Translations under genes and position numbers: made by a program
Assembly (NCBI GenBank): GCA_963770895.1
Contig: CAVYRF010000001.1
Span: 1,728,001 to 1,792,000, forward strand
DNA from: an uncultured Acidobacteriota bacterium
GTDB lineage: Bacteria; Acidobacteriota; Thermoanaerobaculia; Multivoradales; UBA5704
Length of the DNA stretch: 64,000 bases
Direction of reading: 5' to 3'
Notes under the pieces: model-generated
What the model was told of the DNA's origin: nothing
Database searches by the model: none
What the model saw: only the letters and a program-made list of their open reading frames with translations
Part shown: in pieces, positions 20,543 through 29,501 of the stretch
Numbering within the stretch: position 1 is the first letter of the stretch
How the letters are laid out: every line of letters begins with the position of its first letter

Positions 20543-21484
20543 ATGGAACACCGAAAGATCGAAGACGAAGACTGGATCGCGCGCTATGCCGCCGGTACCC
20601 TGCCGGACGAGCAGGCGGAGCTCTTCGCCCAGCACCTGCTGCTATGCGGCGAATGCCGCGAGCAGCTGGAGCTTGAGGAGACGCTGCGCGACGGGGTGCG
20701 CGCCTGGAGCGTCGAGCAGGCGGCGCGCCAGCAGGTGGTGGTGCGCGCAAGCCTCGCCGCCTGGCTGGCCCGGCACGGCCGGTCGCGCACGCTGGCGATC
20801 GCCTGGACGCTGCTGCTGGTGGTCGCCTTGACTCCCGGCGGATGGCTGCTGCGTCAGGCGGTGGAGCAGCGCGGCCAGCTGGCGCGCGAGCGTGCCGCCG
20901 CCACCGCCGCGGCCGCGGCCGCGGGAGCGGTCGCCCCCGCCGCCGCCACCGCCGCCGCCGCGGCGCGCCGCATCGAGCAGCTGCAGGCCCAGCTGGCGGC
21001 GCAGCAGCTGGCCGCCGACCGCGCCGGCGCCGCCGAGCGCCGTGAGCGCGAGGGCCGCCAGGCCCTGGCGCGCCAGCTGGACCTGGAGCGCCAGCCGCGC
21101 GTCGACACGCCGATCGCCGTCCTGAGCGCGCTGCGCTCGGCGGCGGCGGGTGGGGGAGCGGCGCCGCCGGTGCGCATCGCCCTTCCCGTTGCCGCCGCCG
21201 CGCCGGCCCCGGCCGGTGCCGCGCCGCCCACCGCCTGGATCGCGCTGGCGCTGGAGCTGGACGGCCCGCGTCTTGCCTCGTACGCGGTGACCCTGGCCAC
21301 GGCGCGGGGCAAGACCGTCTGGCGCTGCCAGGGGCTGCACCTGGACGCGGCGGACCAGCTCACCTTGAGCCTGCCCGCATCGCTCCTGGCGCCGGGCGAC
21401 TACGAGCTGCGGGTCCAAAGCCTGGCGGCGGGCGCGCCGCCGGTCCCCGTCGCCCGCTTTGCGTTCCGCGCCGTGGCCAGGTGA
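20543..21484 (+). CDS. Membrane anti-sigma factor with a zinc finger (zf-HC2-like)
   Basis: QHLLLCGEC (HxxxCxxC), one TM helix, coiled coil, C-terminal beta domain; follows the ECF gene. Exact start uncertain (20522-20543). Confidence 0.75.
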   Translation: MEHRKIEDEDWIARYAAGTLPDEQAELFAQHLLLCGECREQLELEETLRDGVRAWSVEQAARQQVVVRASLAAWLARHGRSRTLAIAWTLLLVVALTPGGWLLRQAVEQRGQLARERAAATAAAAAAGAVAPAAATAAAAARRIEQLQAQLAAQQLAADRAGAAERREREGRQALARQLDLERQPRVDTPIAVLSALRSAAAGGGAAPPVRIALPVAAAAPAPAGAAPPTAWIALALELDGPRLASYAVTLATARGKTVWRCQGLHLDAADQLTLSLPASLLAPGDYELRVQSLAAGAPPVPVARFAFRAVAR

Positions 21485-21509
21485 GATCATCCGCGCTCTC
21501 GCGGCAGCT
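21481..21509 (+). promoter_or_regulatory. Putative ECF promoter motif, copy 3
   Basis: GTGAGAT-CATCCGCGCTCTC-GCGGCAGCT; 24/29 identical to copy 2 with the same spacing. Confidence 0.6.
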
Positions 21510-21570
21510 ACTTGCTGACCACCCAAGCACCGCCGGCCGGCTGCCGGCTCGACCCTCGAAAGGAGCGCCC

Positions 21571-21912
21571 ATGGATCGCCAGTCTTCGCTTCCCGCTTCC
21601 TGGAGCATCACCGAGTCGGACAACCCCACGATCTACCCGGTCGGCGCCCAGGTGGCGATGACCCCCGCGGACGACGGGCTCTACCAGCTGGGCTGGGGCG
21701 GATACCTGCTCGCCAACCTGGTGCATTTCGGCGGTGAAACCTTTCATTCGCTGCACGGCCACCCGGCCTTCGACGGCGCGCAGACTCCCTATCAGGTCGA
21801 AGTCCGGTTCGCCGCCGACGCCGGCCACATCCACGTCACCGTGCGCGCCGGCAACAGCGGCAGCGATCCGGGAGACCTGTCCGGCACCTGGGGCGCCGAC
21901 GCCAAGAACTGA
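21571..21912 (+). CDS. Small hypothetical protein (113 aa) ending DLSGTWGADAKN
   Basis: AAAGGAG RBS, good codon bias. Confidence 0.7.
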   Translation: MDRQSSLPASWSITESDNPTIYPVGAQVAMTPADDGLYQLGWGGYLLANLVHFGGETFHSLHGHPAFDGAQTPYQVEVRFAADAGHIHVTVRAGNSGSDPGDLSGTWGADAKN

Positions 21913-21920
21913 TGAGGCCA

Positions 21921-21952
21921 GCCGGGGCGGGGCGCCGCCGCCCCGCCCCGGC
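21921..21952 (+). terminator. Perfect 14-bp GC hairpin (terminator-like, no U-tract)
   Basis: GCCGGGGCGGGGCG-CCGC-CGCCCCGCCCCGGC, 8 nt after the stop codon. Confidence 0.5.
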
Positions 21953-21980
21953 CATAGCCCACCGTGCTAGCATTTGCGGG

Positions 21981-22442
21981 ATGGGTGAGGAAGACGAATT
22001 CAAGGCGCGCATCGGCCGCCTGTTCGATCGCCACGGCGAGGGTAAGCAGGTTGCCGCCAACGTGTCCAAGGCCATGCGCGAACGGGGCGAGCGGTCCCTG
22101 ATGCACTTCCGCGACAAGCTCCACCAGGTCATCCTGCCGATCCTGCGCCAGGCGCATGAAAGCAGCGCGGAAGCGCAAAAGCTCCTGACCGTCAAGCACG
22201 ACGACGGCTCGGCCGCGCGTCCGGCCATGGCGCTGATCGGCACCCAGGACAGCTGGCTCGAGTTTCGCGCCGATATCAACCTGGGCAGGGTGGACATCTA
22301 TCGCGAGATCAACCGCCCCTCGTTTGCCTCGGTCAAGCCGGCCGCCCTGGCCTTCCTGCCGATCGCCAAGATCGAAAAGCCGGTCGTGCAGGAATACGTG
22401 GAGCGCTTCATCCTCCTGCTGTTCAAAGCCAAGAAGCTGTAA
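21981..22442 (+). CDS. Hypothetical protein
   Basis: Natural amino-acid composition and GC3 bias from MGEEDEFK onward. Confidence 0.65.
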   Translation: MGEEDEFKARIGRLFDRHGEGKQVAANVSKAMRERGERSLMHFRDKLHQVILPILRQAHESSAEAQKLLTVKHDDGSAARPAMALIGTQDSWLEFRADINLGRVDIYREINRPSFASVKPAALAFLPIAKIEKPVVQEYVERFILLLFKAKKL

Positions 22443-22703
22443 CAGAGCGCAAGCTCAGGCGCCGCGAGCCGCGCTGCGGCGGCGGCTCGTCCGGATGCCG
22501 AACCATCCTCCGCGGAGCGCAGTGCGCATTGCACACTGCGCAGGTGGCGCCCCGGGGCTCCGGCTTGCTCAGGTCGTGCTTGACAGCTGCACGGCTTCAA
22601 GAGATACACTTAAGCATCATTCGCGCAGCTTGAAAGCCATTGCACCCGCCGGTCGCGAGCCCATCTGGTGCCGATCGGTTGCCAGGCGGTGAGGAGTCAT
22701 CGA

Positions 22704-23948
22704 ATGTCTCCGATGCAGCTTTCCCATCCGGCTCGCAGGCGCTACGAACCGATCCGGGACCTGGCGGCGTTGCAGTTGCACCTGCAATGGGCGACGTCGC
22801 TCGAACTGTCGACCATCGCGCCGTATCTGTGCGCGCTCTACTCGGTGCAGGACCAGACCAGCGCCGCCGCGACGCTGGTGCGCGGCGTCGCCATCGAGGA
22901 GATGCTGCACATGATGCTGGCCAGCAACCTGATGAACTCGGTCGGCGCCAGCCCGAAGCTGTCGGGGGAGTTCGTCGCCAAGTACCCGACCTTCCTGCCG
23001 CACCACGCGGCCGGCGGCCCGTACGTGCAGCTGCAGGCGCTGTCGCCGGCGCTCGCGTCGACGACGTTCATGCCCATCGAGCAGCCCGAGGCGTCGCCGC
23101 AGGCGCCGCCACAGGGCGACTACTTTCAAACCATCGGCCAGTTCTACAAGGCGATCGAGCTGGGTTTCCGCCACCTGGCGGCGGAGCACGGCGAAAAATG
23201 GCTGTTCGGGCACGACACCGGGTGCCAGCACGGCGATACCTACTTCGGCGGCGGCGGCGGTCACCTGGTGGTGGTCGAAGACCTCCAGTCGGCACTGCTG
23301 GCGCTCCAGGAGATCACCGAGCAGGGCGAGGGCGCCGCCTGGCCCCACCCGCCGCTGCCCGGCGAAGACCCCTTCGGCAGCTACGAGCAGTACGGCATCC
23401 GCCTTGACGGCACCTACGGCCCCATCCTGGGAACGCCCTGGGAGATGTCGCACTACTACAAGTTCAAGCAGCTGGCCGACGGCACGGTGGCCGCTCCCGC
23501 GGTCTATCCGATGCAGGCAAACCCGGACAGCGATTCGCTCAGCGGTGCCGTTCGCAAGCTTTCGGAGCTGTGCGACGCCAGCTACGGCCTGCTGCTGCGC
23601 GCCCTCGAAAAGGCGCTCGGCACGCGGCGCGAGCAGGCCGACTTCTTTGGCATCGCCTTCCCGGTGATGCAGTTCGTGCTGCCGCGGCTCTCGGCTCTGC
23701 TGATGCAGACCGCCCTGCTGCCCGAGGCCGACCCCACGCTGGGTCCGAACGCCGGCCCCAGCTTCATGCCGCGCAACGTGCCGGCCGCGGAGGTCGCTCG
23801 CCAGGCCGAAGAGCTGCTCGCCGCGCCGCCGGCCGACCGCGGCGACAGCTACGCGACGTTGTGGGTTACGACCCTGGGCGCGGTGACCCCCGTCCTGCGC
23901 CACGCGGCAGCGCTGGCCCGCGGCCACGCCGCGCTGGACGCTCCCTAG
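22704..23948 (+). CDS. Ferritin-like domain protein (VioB/chromopyrrolate synthase-related domain)
   Basis: LELSTIAPYLCALYS, IEEMLHM, TIGQFY, ITEQGEG, SHYYKF motifs; GAGGAG RBS. Confidence 0.8.
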   Translation: MSPMQLSHPARRRYEPIRDLAALQLHLQWATSLELSTIAPYLCALYSVQDQTSAAATLVRGVAIEEMLHMMLASNLMNSVGASPKLSGEFVAKYPTFLPHHAAGGPYVQLQALSPALASTTFMPIEQPEASPQAPPQGDYFQTIGQFYKAIELGFRHLAAEHGEKWLFGHDTGCQHGDTYFGGGGGHLVVVEDLQSALLALQEITEQGEGAAWPHPPLPGEDPFGSYEQYGIRLDGTYGPILGTPWEMSHYYKFKQLADGTVAAPAVYPMQANPDSDSLSGAVRKLSELCDASYGLLLRALEKALGTRREQADFFGIAFPVMQFVLPRLSALLMQTALLPEADPTLGPNAGPSFMPRNVPAAEVARQAEELLAAPPADRGDSYATLWVTTLGAVTPVLRHAAALARGHAALDAP

Positions 23949-23999
23949 GCCCGCGGACCCGACACCAGGCCCGCGGCGATCGCACTTCGAGGGGACAGC

Positions 24000-26060
24000 A
24001 TGGACCCGCAACCGCACTTCAAGATCCATCCGGCCATCGGCGTCGCCCGCCTGGGCGACAGCGAGGAGTACTACCTGGCGCCCGAAACCGCGGGCGGCCT
24101 GCCGCTGCTGCCGGATGGGCGGCCGTTTGAGGCCGGCGACTTCCGCGATTCCCATCACGGCCTGCGCCGCCAGGGGGCCCGCTTCACGATCTATCGTTAC
24201 GACGGTCCCGACGACGCCGGCGTCGAGGTGAAGGCGGGCGACCACGGCGTCGCCCGCATCGAATGGCAGGTGCATCTCGCCAACAAAAAGGCCATCTGGT
24301 ACCAGTTCGAAGTGCTGCTCGGCGAATTCGGCTATTCCCCCGACCATCCGCTGCGCAACGCCCAGGTGACCGAACCGGCGAAACGCCGGGCGATGATCAT
24401 CGATCCGGGCCCGCGCCGGCTGACCGGTCCCGGCCAGGCGGTGGAGTTTTCGCGCGCCGACAACCCGCACCACTACCCGATGACCTGGCCGCCCAAGGAC
24501 CTGCAGCCGTTCACCATCGATTCGCTGGGCGGCCTGCGCACCGACGCCCAGGGGCGCCTGGTGGTGCTCGGCGGCTACGGCCGTTCGGGATCGTCGATCC
24601 ATCCGCCGCAGATCCAGCAGTACGCCAACAATCCCGGCTGGTGGGACGACACCGCCGACGGGCCGGTGACCGCGGAGATCGTGTTCGAAGACGGCCGCCG
24701 CCAGCCGGTGGAGGTGCCGTCCTGGGTGTTCGTGGCGCCGCCGCGCTACGCGCCGCAGCTGCTCAACCTGGTGACGCTGTACGACACGGTGTTCGACACC
24801 TTTGTGCGCAACGCCGGCCTGCGGCCGGAGGTCTTCGCCGAGGGTCAATGGCAGCGCGACTACCACCCGGACTGGAACGGCGAGATCCTGCCGATCCTGG
24901 AACGCATCCGCCGCTACCACTGGGTGGTGGCAATCCCGCCGCAGGCGCACGACCTGGACCTGCCCAAGCTGGGCGACCGCGCCGCCGAATACAACGCCCT
25001 GCGCCAGTTCTATCTCAGCGTCATCCGGCCGCCGGCAAGGCCCAACTCGCTCACCGGCGCCGCCAACGGGCTGACCCAGATGCCCTACCTGGCGGGCGAC
25101 AACTGCCTGCAACCGGATGCGCTCAACTCCAACTACCTGACGGTCACCAACACGCAATATTTCTTTTTGCAGCAGTGGGCGCTCGGCAGGTTCCGCCACG
25201 GCACCGCGGCGGCGCCCGTCGCGCCGACCCCGCCGGGCATGGCGCTCGACCGCGCGGCGCTCGAAAACTGCGTTGGCGGCGCCTTCTCGCCCGGCATCGA
25301 AATGACCTGGATCAGCCGCGACCTGCGCATCTACGCGCAGCCGTTCCGCATCAAACACAAGCCGCACGTGGTGCCGCCGCTCAGCCTGGGCGAAGACTTC
25401 GCGCAGGGCCTGGAGCCGGGCGACGTCGGCAAATACATGGCCCAGCCCTGGCAAGCCGATTTCAACGAATGTTCGTCGCAGCCGATCGGCGATCGCGTGT
25501 TCTGGTGGTGGCCGGTGCAGCGGCCGCTGTTCGTGCACGTCGAAACGGAAGGCATGCTCAGGCAGGTCCCCTGGCTGGGCACCGACGCCGACCAGAACGC
25601 CGACGACTACCTGCAATTCGGCATGGACATCCAGATGGTGTCGGGTTGGAAAGACCTCGGTTTCGTGATCGATCAGGGCACGCCGGGTCACCCCCGCTTC
25701 GTCGAGGTCCAACGCAACCTGCCGCGGCCTCCCGCGCCTGCCGCCTCCCACGCCGCCACGCAGGCCGGCCACGGCGGCCAGGCCAGCCGCGGCGGCGGGC
25801 ACCAGACCCACCACGTGGCGGAGGCCGGCGCTGCCGGCGCTCCCGGCGGCGGCGGCGTCCACGGCGCCGGCGTCCATGGTGCTGCAGAGCATGGCGAAGC
25901 GAGCCCCGGCGGCGGCTCTCACGGCGGCGTCCCTGACGGTGGCGGCGTGCGCGGTGGCGGCGTCGCCGGCGGTGGCGGTGTGCACGGCGGCGGCAGCGGC
26001 GTGCACGGCAGCGGCAGGGGTGGCGGGGGAGCCCGTGGCGGCGGCGACGGCCAGGTTTGA
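24000..26060 (+). CDS. LodA/GoxA family CTQ-dependent amino-acid oxidase with a Gly/His-rich tail
   Basis: KIHPAIGVARLGDS, VHLANKKA, WWDDTADGP, ENCVGGAFSPGIEMTW (CTQ Cys), PWQADFNEC, WWPVQRP (CTQ Trp). Confidence 0.92.
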   Translation: MDPQPHFKIHPAIGVARLGDSEEYYLAPETAGGLPLLPDGRPFEAGDFRDSHHGLRRQGARFTIYRYDGPDDAGVEVKAGDHGVARIEWQVHLANKKAIWYQFEVLLGEFGYSPDHPLRNAQVTEPAKRRAMIIDPGPRRLTGPGQAVEFSRADNPHHYPMTWPPKDLQPFTIDSLGGLRTDAQGRLVVLGGYGRSGSSIHPPQIQQYANNPGWWDDTADGPVTAEIVFEDGRRQPVEVPSWVFVAPPRYAPQLLNLVTLYDTVFDTFVRNAGLRPEVFAEGQWQRDYHPDWNGEILPILERIRRYHWVVAIPPQAHDLDLPKLGDRAAEYNALRQFYLSVIRPPARPNSLTGAANGLTQMPYLAGDNCLQPDALNSNYLTVTNTQYFFLQQWALGRFRHGTAAAPVAPTPPGMALDRAALENCVGGAFSPGIEMTWISRDLRIYAQPFRIKHKPHVVPPLSLGEDFAQGLEPGDVGKYMAQPWQADFNECSSQPIGDRVFWWWPVQRPLFVHVETEGMLRQVPWLGTDADQNADDYLQFGMDIQMVSGWKDLGFVIDQGTPGHPRFVEVQRNLPRPPAPAASHAATQAGHGGQASRGGGHQTHHVAEAGAAGAPGGGGVHGAGVHGAAEHGEASPGGGSHGGVPDGGGVRGGGVAGGGGVHGGGSGVHGSGRGGGGARGGGDGQV

Positions 26061-27360
26061 CGTTGCCGTCGCCGGCGGCGGTCCCGCCGGAGCCGCCGCG
26101 GCCATTGCCCTGGCGCGCGCCGGCCTGCGCGTGGCGTTGATCCAACCGGCTCCGCCCGCCGCCGTCGCGCCGGGCGTTGGTCTGGTCTACCCGCACGGCG
26201 CCGTTTTCACCGATGGTGCCACCCTTGCCGCCGGTGCCGCATCGGCGGTGGCGCCTGCTTGCGCCACTGCCGCGTCGGCCGCCGGCGCCGGTTCGGCGGC
26301 AGACTCTGCCGGCGCCGCTGTAACGCCTGACGAGGCTCCCGATCGTGGCGCCGGCGCGCTGCGCCTGGGCGAAAGCGTGCCAGCGGATGTCCGCCCGGAA
26401 CTGGAGGCTCTGGGCGCCTGGAGCTCCTTTGCGGCCGCCTCCCACCTGGCATCGCGCGGCACGGCGTCCAGCTGGGGGAGCGGCCAGCTGCTCCTGCGCG
26501 ACGCCTTCTGTTCCGCGACCGGCGCCGGCTGGCAGCTGGACCGGGCGCGCTTCAACGCCGACCTTGTGGCTCATGCGCACCGCGCCGGCGCGCAGCCGCT
26601 GGCCGGCCATGTCGTCGCCGCCTGGCGCGCGGCAGGCGGCTGGTCCGTGGACCTGGCGCGGACCGGTGGTGGCGGCAGTGGCCCCTTGCGCTTGGCCGCC
26701 GGCTTCCTGGTCGACGCCACCGGCCGCCACGCCGCGGTCGCCCGGCGGTGCGGCGTGTCGCGCCTGCGCCTGGACCGGCTGGTCGGCGCCGGCGCCGTCT
26801 TCGCCTGGCCCGGCGGCGCGGCGCCGCCGCCGCGCCACATGCTGGTCGAGGCCGCCGAACAGGGCTGGTGGTATGCCGCGCGCCTGCCGCGGGACCGCGC
26901 CGTGGTGTGTTGGATGAGCGACGGCGACCTGCTGCGCCAGATGGGCCTGCACCGCGCCGCCCCCTGGGAGGCGCACGCGGCGCAGGCGCCGCACCTGCGC
27001 CAGCTGCTGGCGGGCGCCGGGCGCGTCTCGCCGCTGGCGGTGGTGTCCGCCGCCTCCCACCGGCTGGCTCGCTGCGCCGGTGCCGGCTGGCTCGCCGCGG
27101 GCGATGCCGCGGCGGCGTTCGATCCGCTCTCCTCGGCGGGCATCGTGCTGGCGCTGCGGTCGGGCCGCGAGGCGGCGGCGGCCGCCGCCGCATGGCTGGG
27201 CGGCGACGCCTGCGCCCTGGAGGCCTACGAGCAGCGGGTGGCCGGCCGGTATCGCCACTACCTGCTGGGGCGGCGCCAGATGTATGCGCTGGAGACTCGC
27301 TTTCCAACCGCCGAATTCTGGCGCCGGCGGCACGCTGCCGCCGCGGCGCTCGCCGCTTGA
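26035..27360 (+). CDS. LodB/GoxB-like FAD-dependent oxidoreductase (CTQ maturation)
   Basis: FDVAVAGGGPAG, GESVP, LVDATGR, AGDAAAAFDPLSSAGI; probable GTG start at 26035 after GGGGGAG. Confidence 0.85.
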   Translation: MAAATARFDVAVAGGGPAGAAAAIALARAGLRVALIQPAPPAAVAPGVGLVYPHGAVFTDGATLAAGAASAVAPACATAASAAGAGSAADSAGAAVTPDEAPDRGAGALRLGESVPADVRPELEALGAWSSFAAASHLASRGTASSWGSGQLLLRDAFCSATGAGWQLDRARFNADLVAHAHRAGAQPLAGHVVAAWRAAGGWSVDLARTGGGGSGPLRLAAGFLVDATGRHAAVARRCGVSRLRLDRLVGAGAVFAWPGGAAPPPRHMLVEAAEQGWWYAARLPRDRAVVCWMSDGDLLRQMGLHRAAPWEAHAAQAPHLRQLLAGAGRVSPLAVVSAASHRLARCAGAGWLAAGDAAAAFDPLSSAGIVLALRSGREAAAAAAAWLGGDACALEAYEQRVAGRYRHYLLGRRQMYALETRFPTAEFWRRRHAAAAALAA

Positions 27361-27505
27361 TATCTTGATTGCTGTATAGCTTCATGATGGACCGAGGGCA
27401 ACAGGAGTGGTTCCCGATCCGGGGCGCGTCCCCGCGACCTGCGTCCACGAGGGGCGCCGGCGCCGAGGAAACGCGTGCCGGGTCGGGTCAGCAAGGAGGT
27501 CATTG

Positions 27506-29431
27506 ATGCGCACTGCATCGCAACGCCGGTCGCTTGGCCCGGCTGCCCTGGCCGTGGTGGCGGCGCTCGCCGCTTCCGGTCCGGGTCTGCGGGGACCGCT
27601 GTGGAGCCAGAGCCCGGTGATCACGCCCCAGGTGAGCATCGACCAGGACCAGCTGCAAGCCGGCAAGTACCCGCTGGCGAAGGTGCTCGAATCGGGCGGC
27701 CAGTTCTTCAGCACGCCGTTCCTGCCCTACGACGCGGCCACCAACAGCGGCGACGGCTACGGCGAGGGCAAGTACGGACCGCGCACCCTACAACGAAAAG
27801 CTTTCTATCCTCCCGCCTGGCCCGACTATCACTTCCTGCGCCTCAACGGCCTGGATTCCCAGAGCTGCTTCGAATGCCATAACTCGATCGGCAGCTACGT
27901 GCCGCCCGGCAGCAGCGCCTTAATCCGCAAGCCCGGCACCGTCGCCGGCTCGGCGGGTTCCAACAGCAACGCCTTCATCAACTCGAAGTTTCCGAATCCG
28001 CTCACGTTTCTCATCCGCCAGCCGCCGCACGTCTTCGGCAGCGGCTACACGCAGACCCTGGCGAGCGAAATGACCGGCGACCTTGCCGCCGAGGTGGAAG
28101 CGGCCCGCGCCACCATCCAGGGGCATCCCGGCAAGTCGGTCAAGGTCAATCTCCAGTCCAAGGGCATGGCGTTCGGCACCTTCGTCACCACCTATACCGG
28201 CGGCGCCGCGCGCGTCGTCGGCTGCACCGAGGCGTGCCCCAACACCCAGCCCACTTACGGCGCCAAGGGTTTCACCGACAACGTCAAGGGTGTCACCGGC
28301 GTGGCCTGCGACCTGGTGGTGCGGCCCTTCCAATGGAAAGGCATTTCGTCCAGCATCCGCCACTTCGCGCGCGACGCCCTGGACTTCCACTTCAGCATGC
28401 AGGCGGTGGAGAAGTACGGCCACCTCGATTGCGACAAGGACGGCAAGATCGACGAGATGACCCTGGGCAACGTCTCGGCGCTGGTGTCCTTCGTCACCAT
28501 GACGCGCCCGCCCGACCAGGTCATCCCGGCGGACCAGAAGCACCAGGTGGAGCTGGGCCGCGACATCTTCATCGGCAAGAGCGCCGACACCGCGCTGCAA
28601 GCCAAGCTTTCGGGCCAGATGTGCGCCACCTGCCACATGCCGACCCTGACCGTCGACAAGGCGCAGCTCTTCATCGACAATCCGGGCATCGCCAACGTCA
28701 CCCAGAAGGACTGCAAGACGCTCGATGCCGGACTGGTGACGCCGCTCGCGTCGCACCAGCAGCTGGAAGCCTACCGTCTGATCCAGAAACCGCTGCGCGA
28801 CGCCCGCCAGGCGGCCGTCGCCAATGCCGACAGCCCGGCCCATGCCATGCTGGCGGCGCACGCGGAGGCCTCCTCGCCGGAGCTGATCAAGGCACTGAAG
28901 CAGGCCGCCGCCGCCCAGCCGGCGCCTCCCGGCTACACCATCGACCTGTCCCACCCCGGGCCGGGGCCGGTGCCCACCTTCTCCCTGCCGCGCCTGCCGG
29001 CGGAGGACGACGGCAAGGTGGCCGTGCCGCTGTTCAGCGACCTGCGCACGCACAACATGGGCATCCGCCTGCAGGACCGCGGCGCCCAGGGCGCGGACGT
29101 GGCCGACATCTGCATCCCGGCGCCGATCTTCCTCACCCGGCCGCTGTGGGGTGTCGCCGACACCGGTCCCTGGCTCCACGACGGCCGCGCCCTCACCCTG
29201 CGCGACGCCATCCTGATGCACGAAGGCAAAGGCAGCGAAGCCAACCCGGTGGTGGCGGCGTTCAAGCTGCTGACCCCCGCCGAGCAGCAGTCCGTGGTGG
29301 ATTTCCTGCTCACCCTCCATCTGCCGATCGAATCCGACCTGGTCCCCGGCAGGACCGCCGCCATGACCCCGGTCCCCGCCGCCCCGGCCGGCGCGGCCGG
29401 CGCGACCCTTGCCGCCCACGCCGCACCCTGA
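27506..29431 (+). CDS. Secreted di-heme oxidoreductase (DHOR / cytochrome c peroxidase-like)
   Basis: Two CxxCH motifs (SCFECHN, CATCHM); PLFSDLRTHNMG, LWGVADTGPWLHDGRA; AAGGAGG RBS. Confidence 0.85.
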   Translation: MRTASQRRSLGPAALAVVAALAASGPGLRGPLWSQSPVITPQVSIDQDQLQAGKYPLAKVLESGGQFFSTPFLPYDAATNSGDGYGEGKYGPRTLQRKAFYPPAWPDYHFLRLNGLDSQSCFECHNSIGSYVPPGSSALIRKPGTVAGSAGSNSNAFINSKFPNPLTFLIRQPPHVFGSGYTQTLASEMTGDLAAEVEAARATIQGHPGKSVKVNLQSKGMAFGTFVTTYTGGAARVVGCTEACPNTQPTYGAKGFTDNVKGVTGVACDLVVRPFQWKGISSSIRHFARDALDFHFSMQAVEKYGHLDCDKDGKIDEMTLGNVSALVSFVTMTRPPDQVIPADQKHQVELGRDIFIGKSADTALQAKLSGQMCATCHMPTLTVDKAQLFIDNPGIANVTQKDCKTLDAGLVTPLASHQQLEAYRLIQKPLRDARQAAVANADSPAHAMLAAHAEASSPELIKALKQAAAAQPAPPGYTIDLSHPGPGPVPTFSLPRLPAEDDGKVAVPLFSDLRTHNMGIRLQDRGAQGADVADICIPAPIFLTRPLWGVADTGPWLHDGRALTLRDAILMHEGKGSEANPVVAAFKLLTPAEQQSVVDFLLTLHLPIESDLVPGRTAAMTPVPAAPAGAAGATLAAHAAP

Positions 29432-29501
29432 CCCTCGCTGGTGACCCACCCACCCGTCGCCGGGCAGCGATCGCTGCCCGGCGGCGGGTCCGCCGGAGGC
29501 G

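Noticed and set aside
25876-26060. 185-nt dual-coding overlap of LodA and LodB
   Set aside because: A GTG with an RBS at 26035 just before the FAD motif is the more plausible start, leaving only a 26-nt overlap.
22617-26105. Very long antisense/alternate-frame ORFs (also 708..3272, 16406..19474, 54678..58151, 56935..60318, 60263..63988)
   Set aside because: Shadow ORFs of high-GC genes: Arg/Gly/Ala-rich, without motifs, and overlapping well-supported genes.
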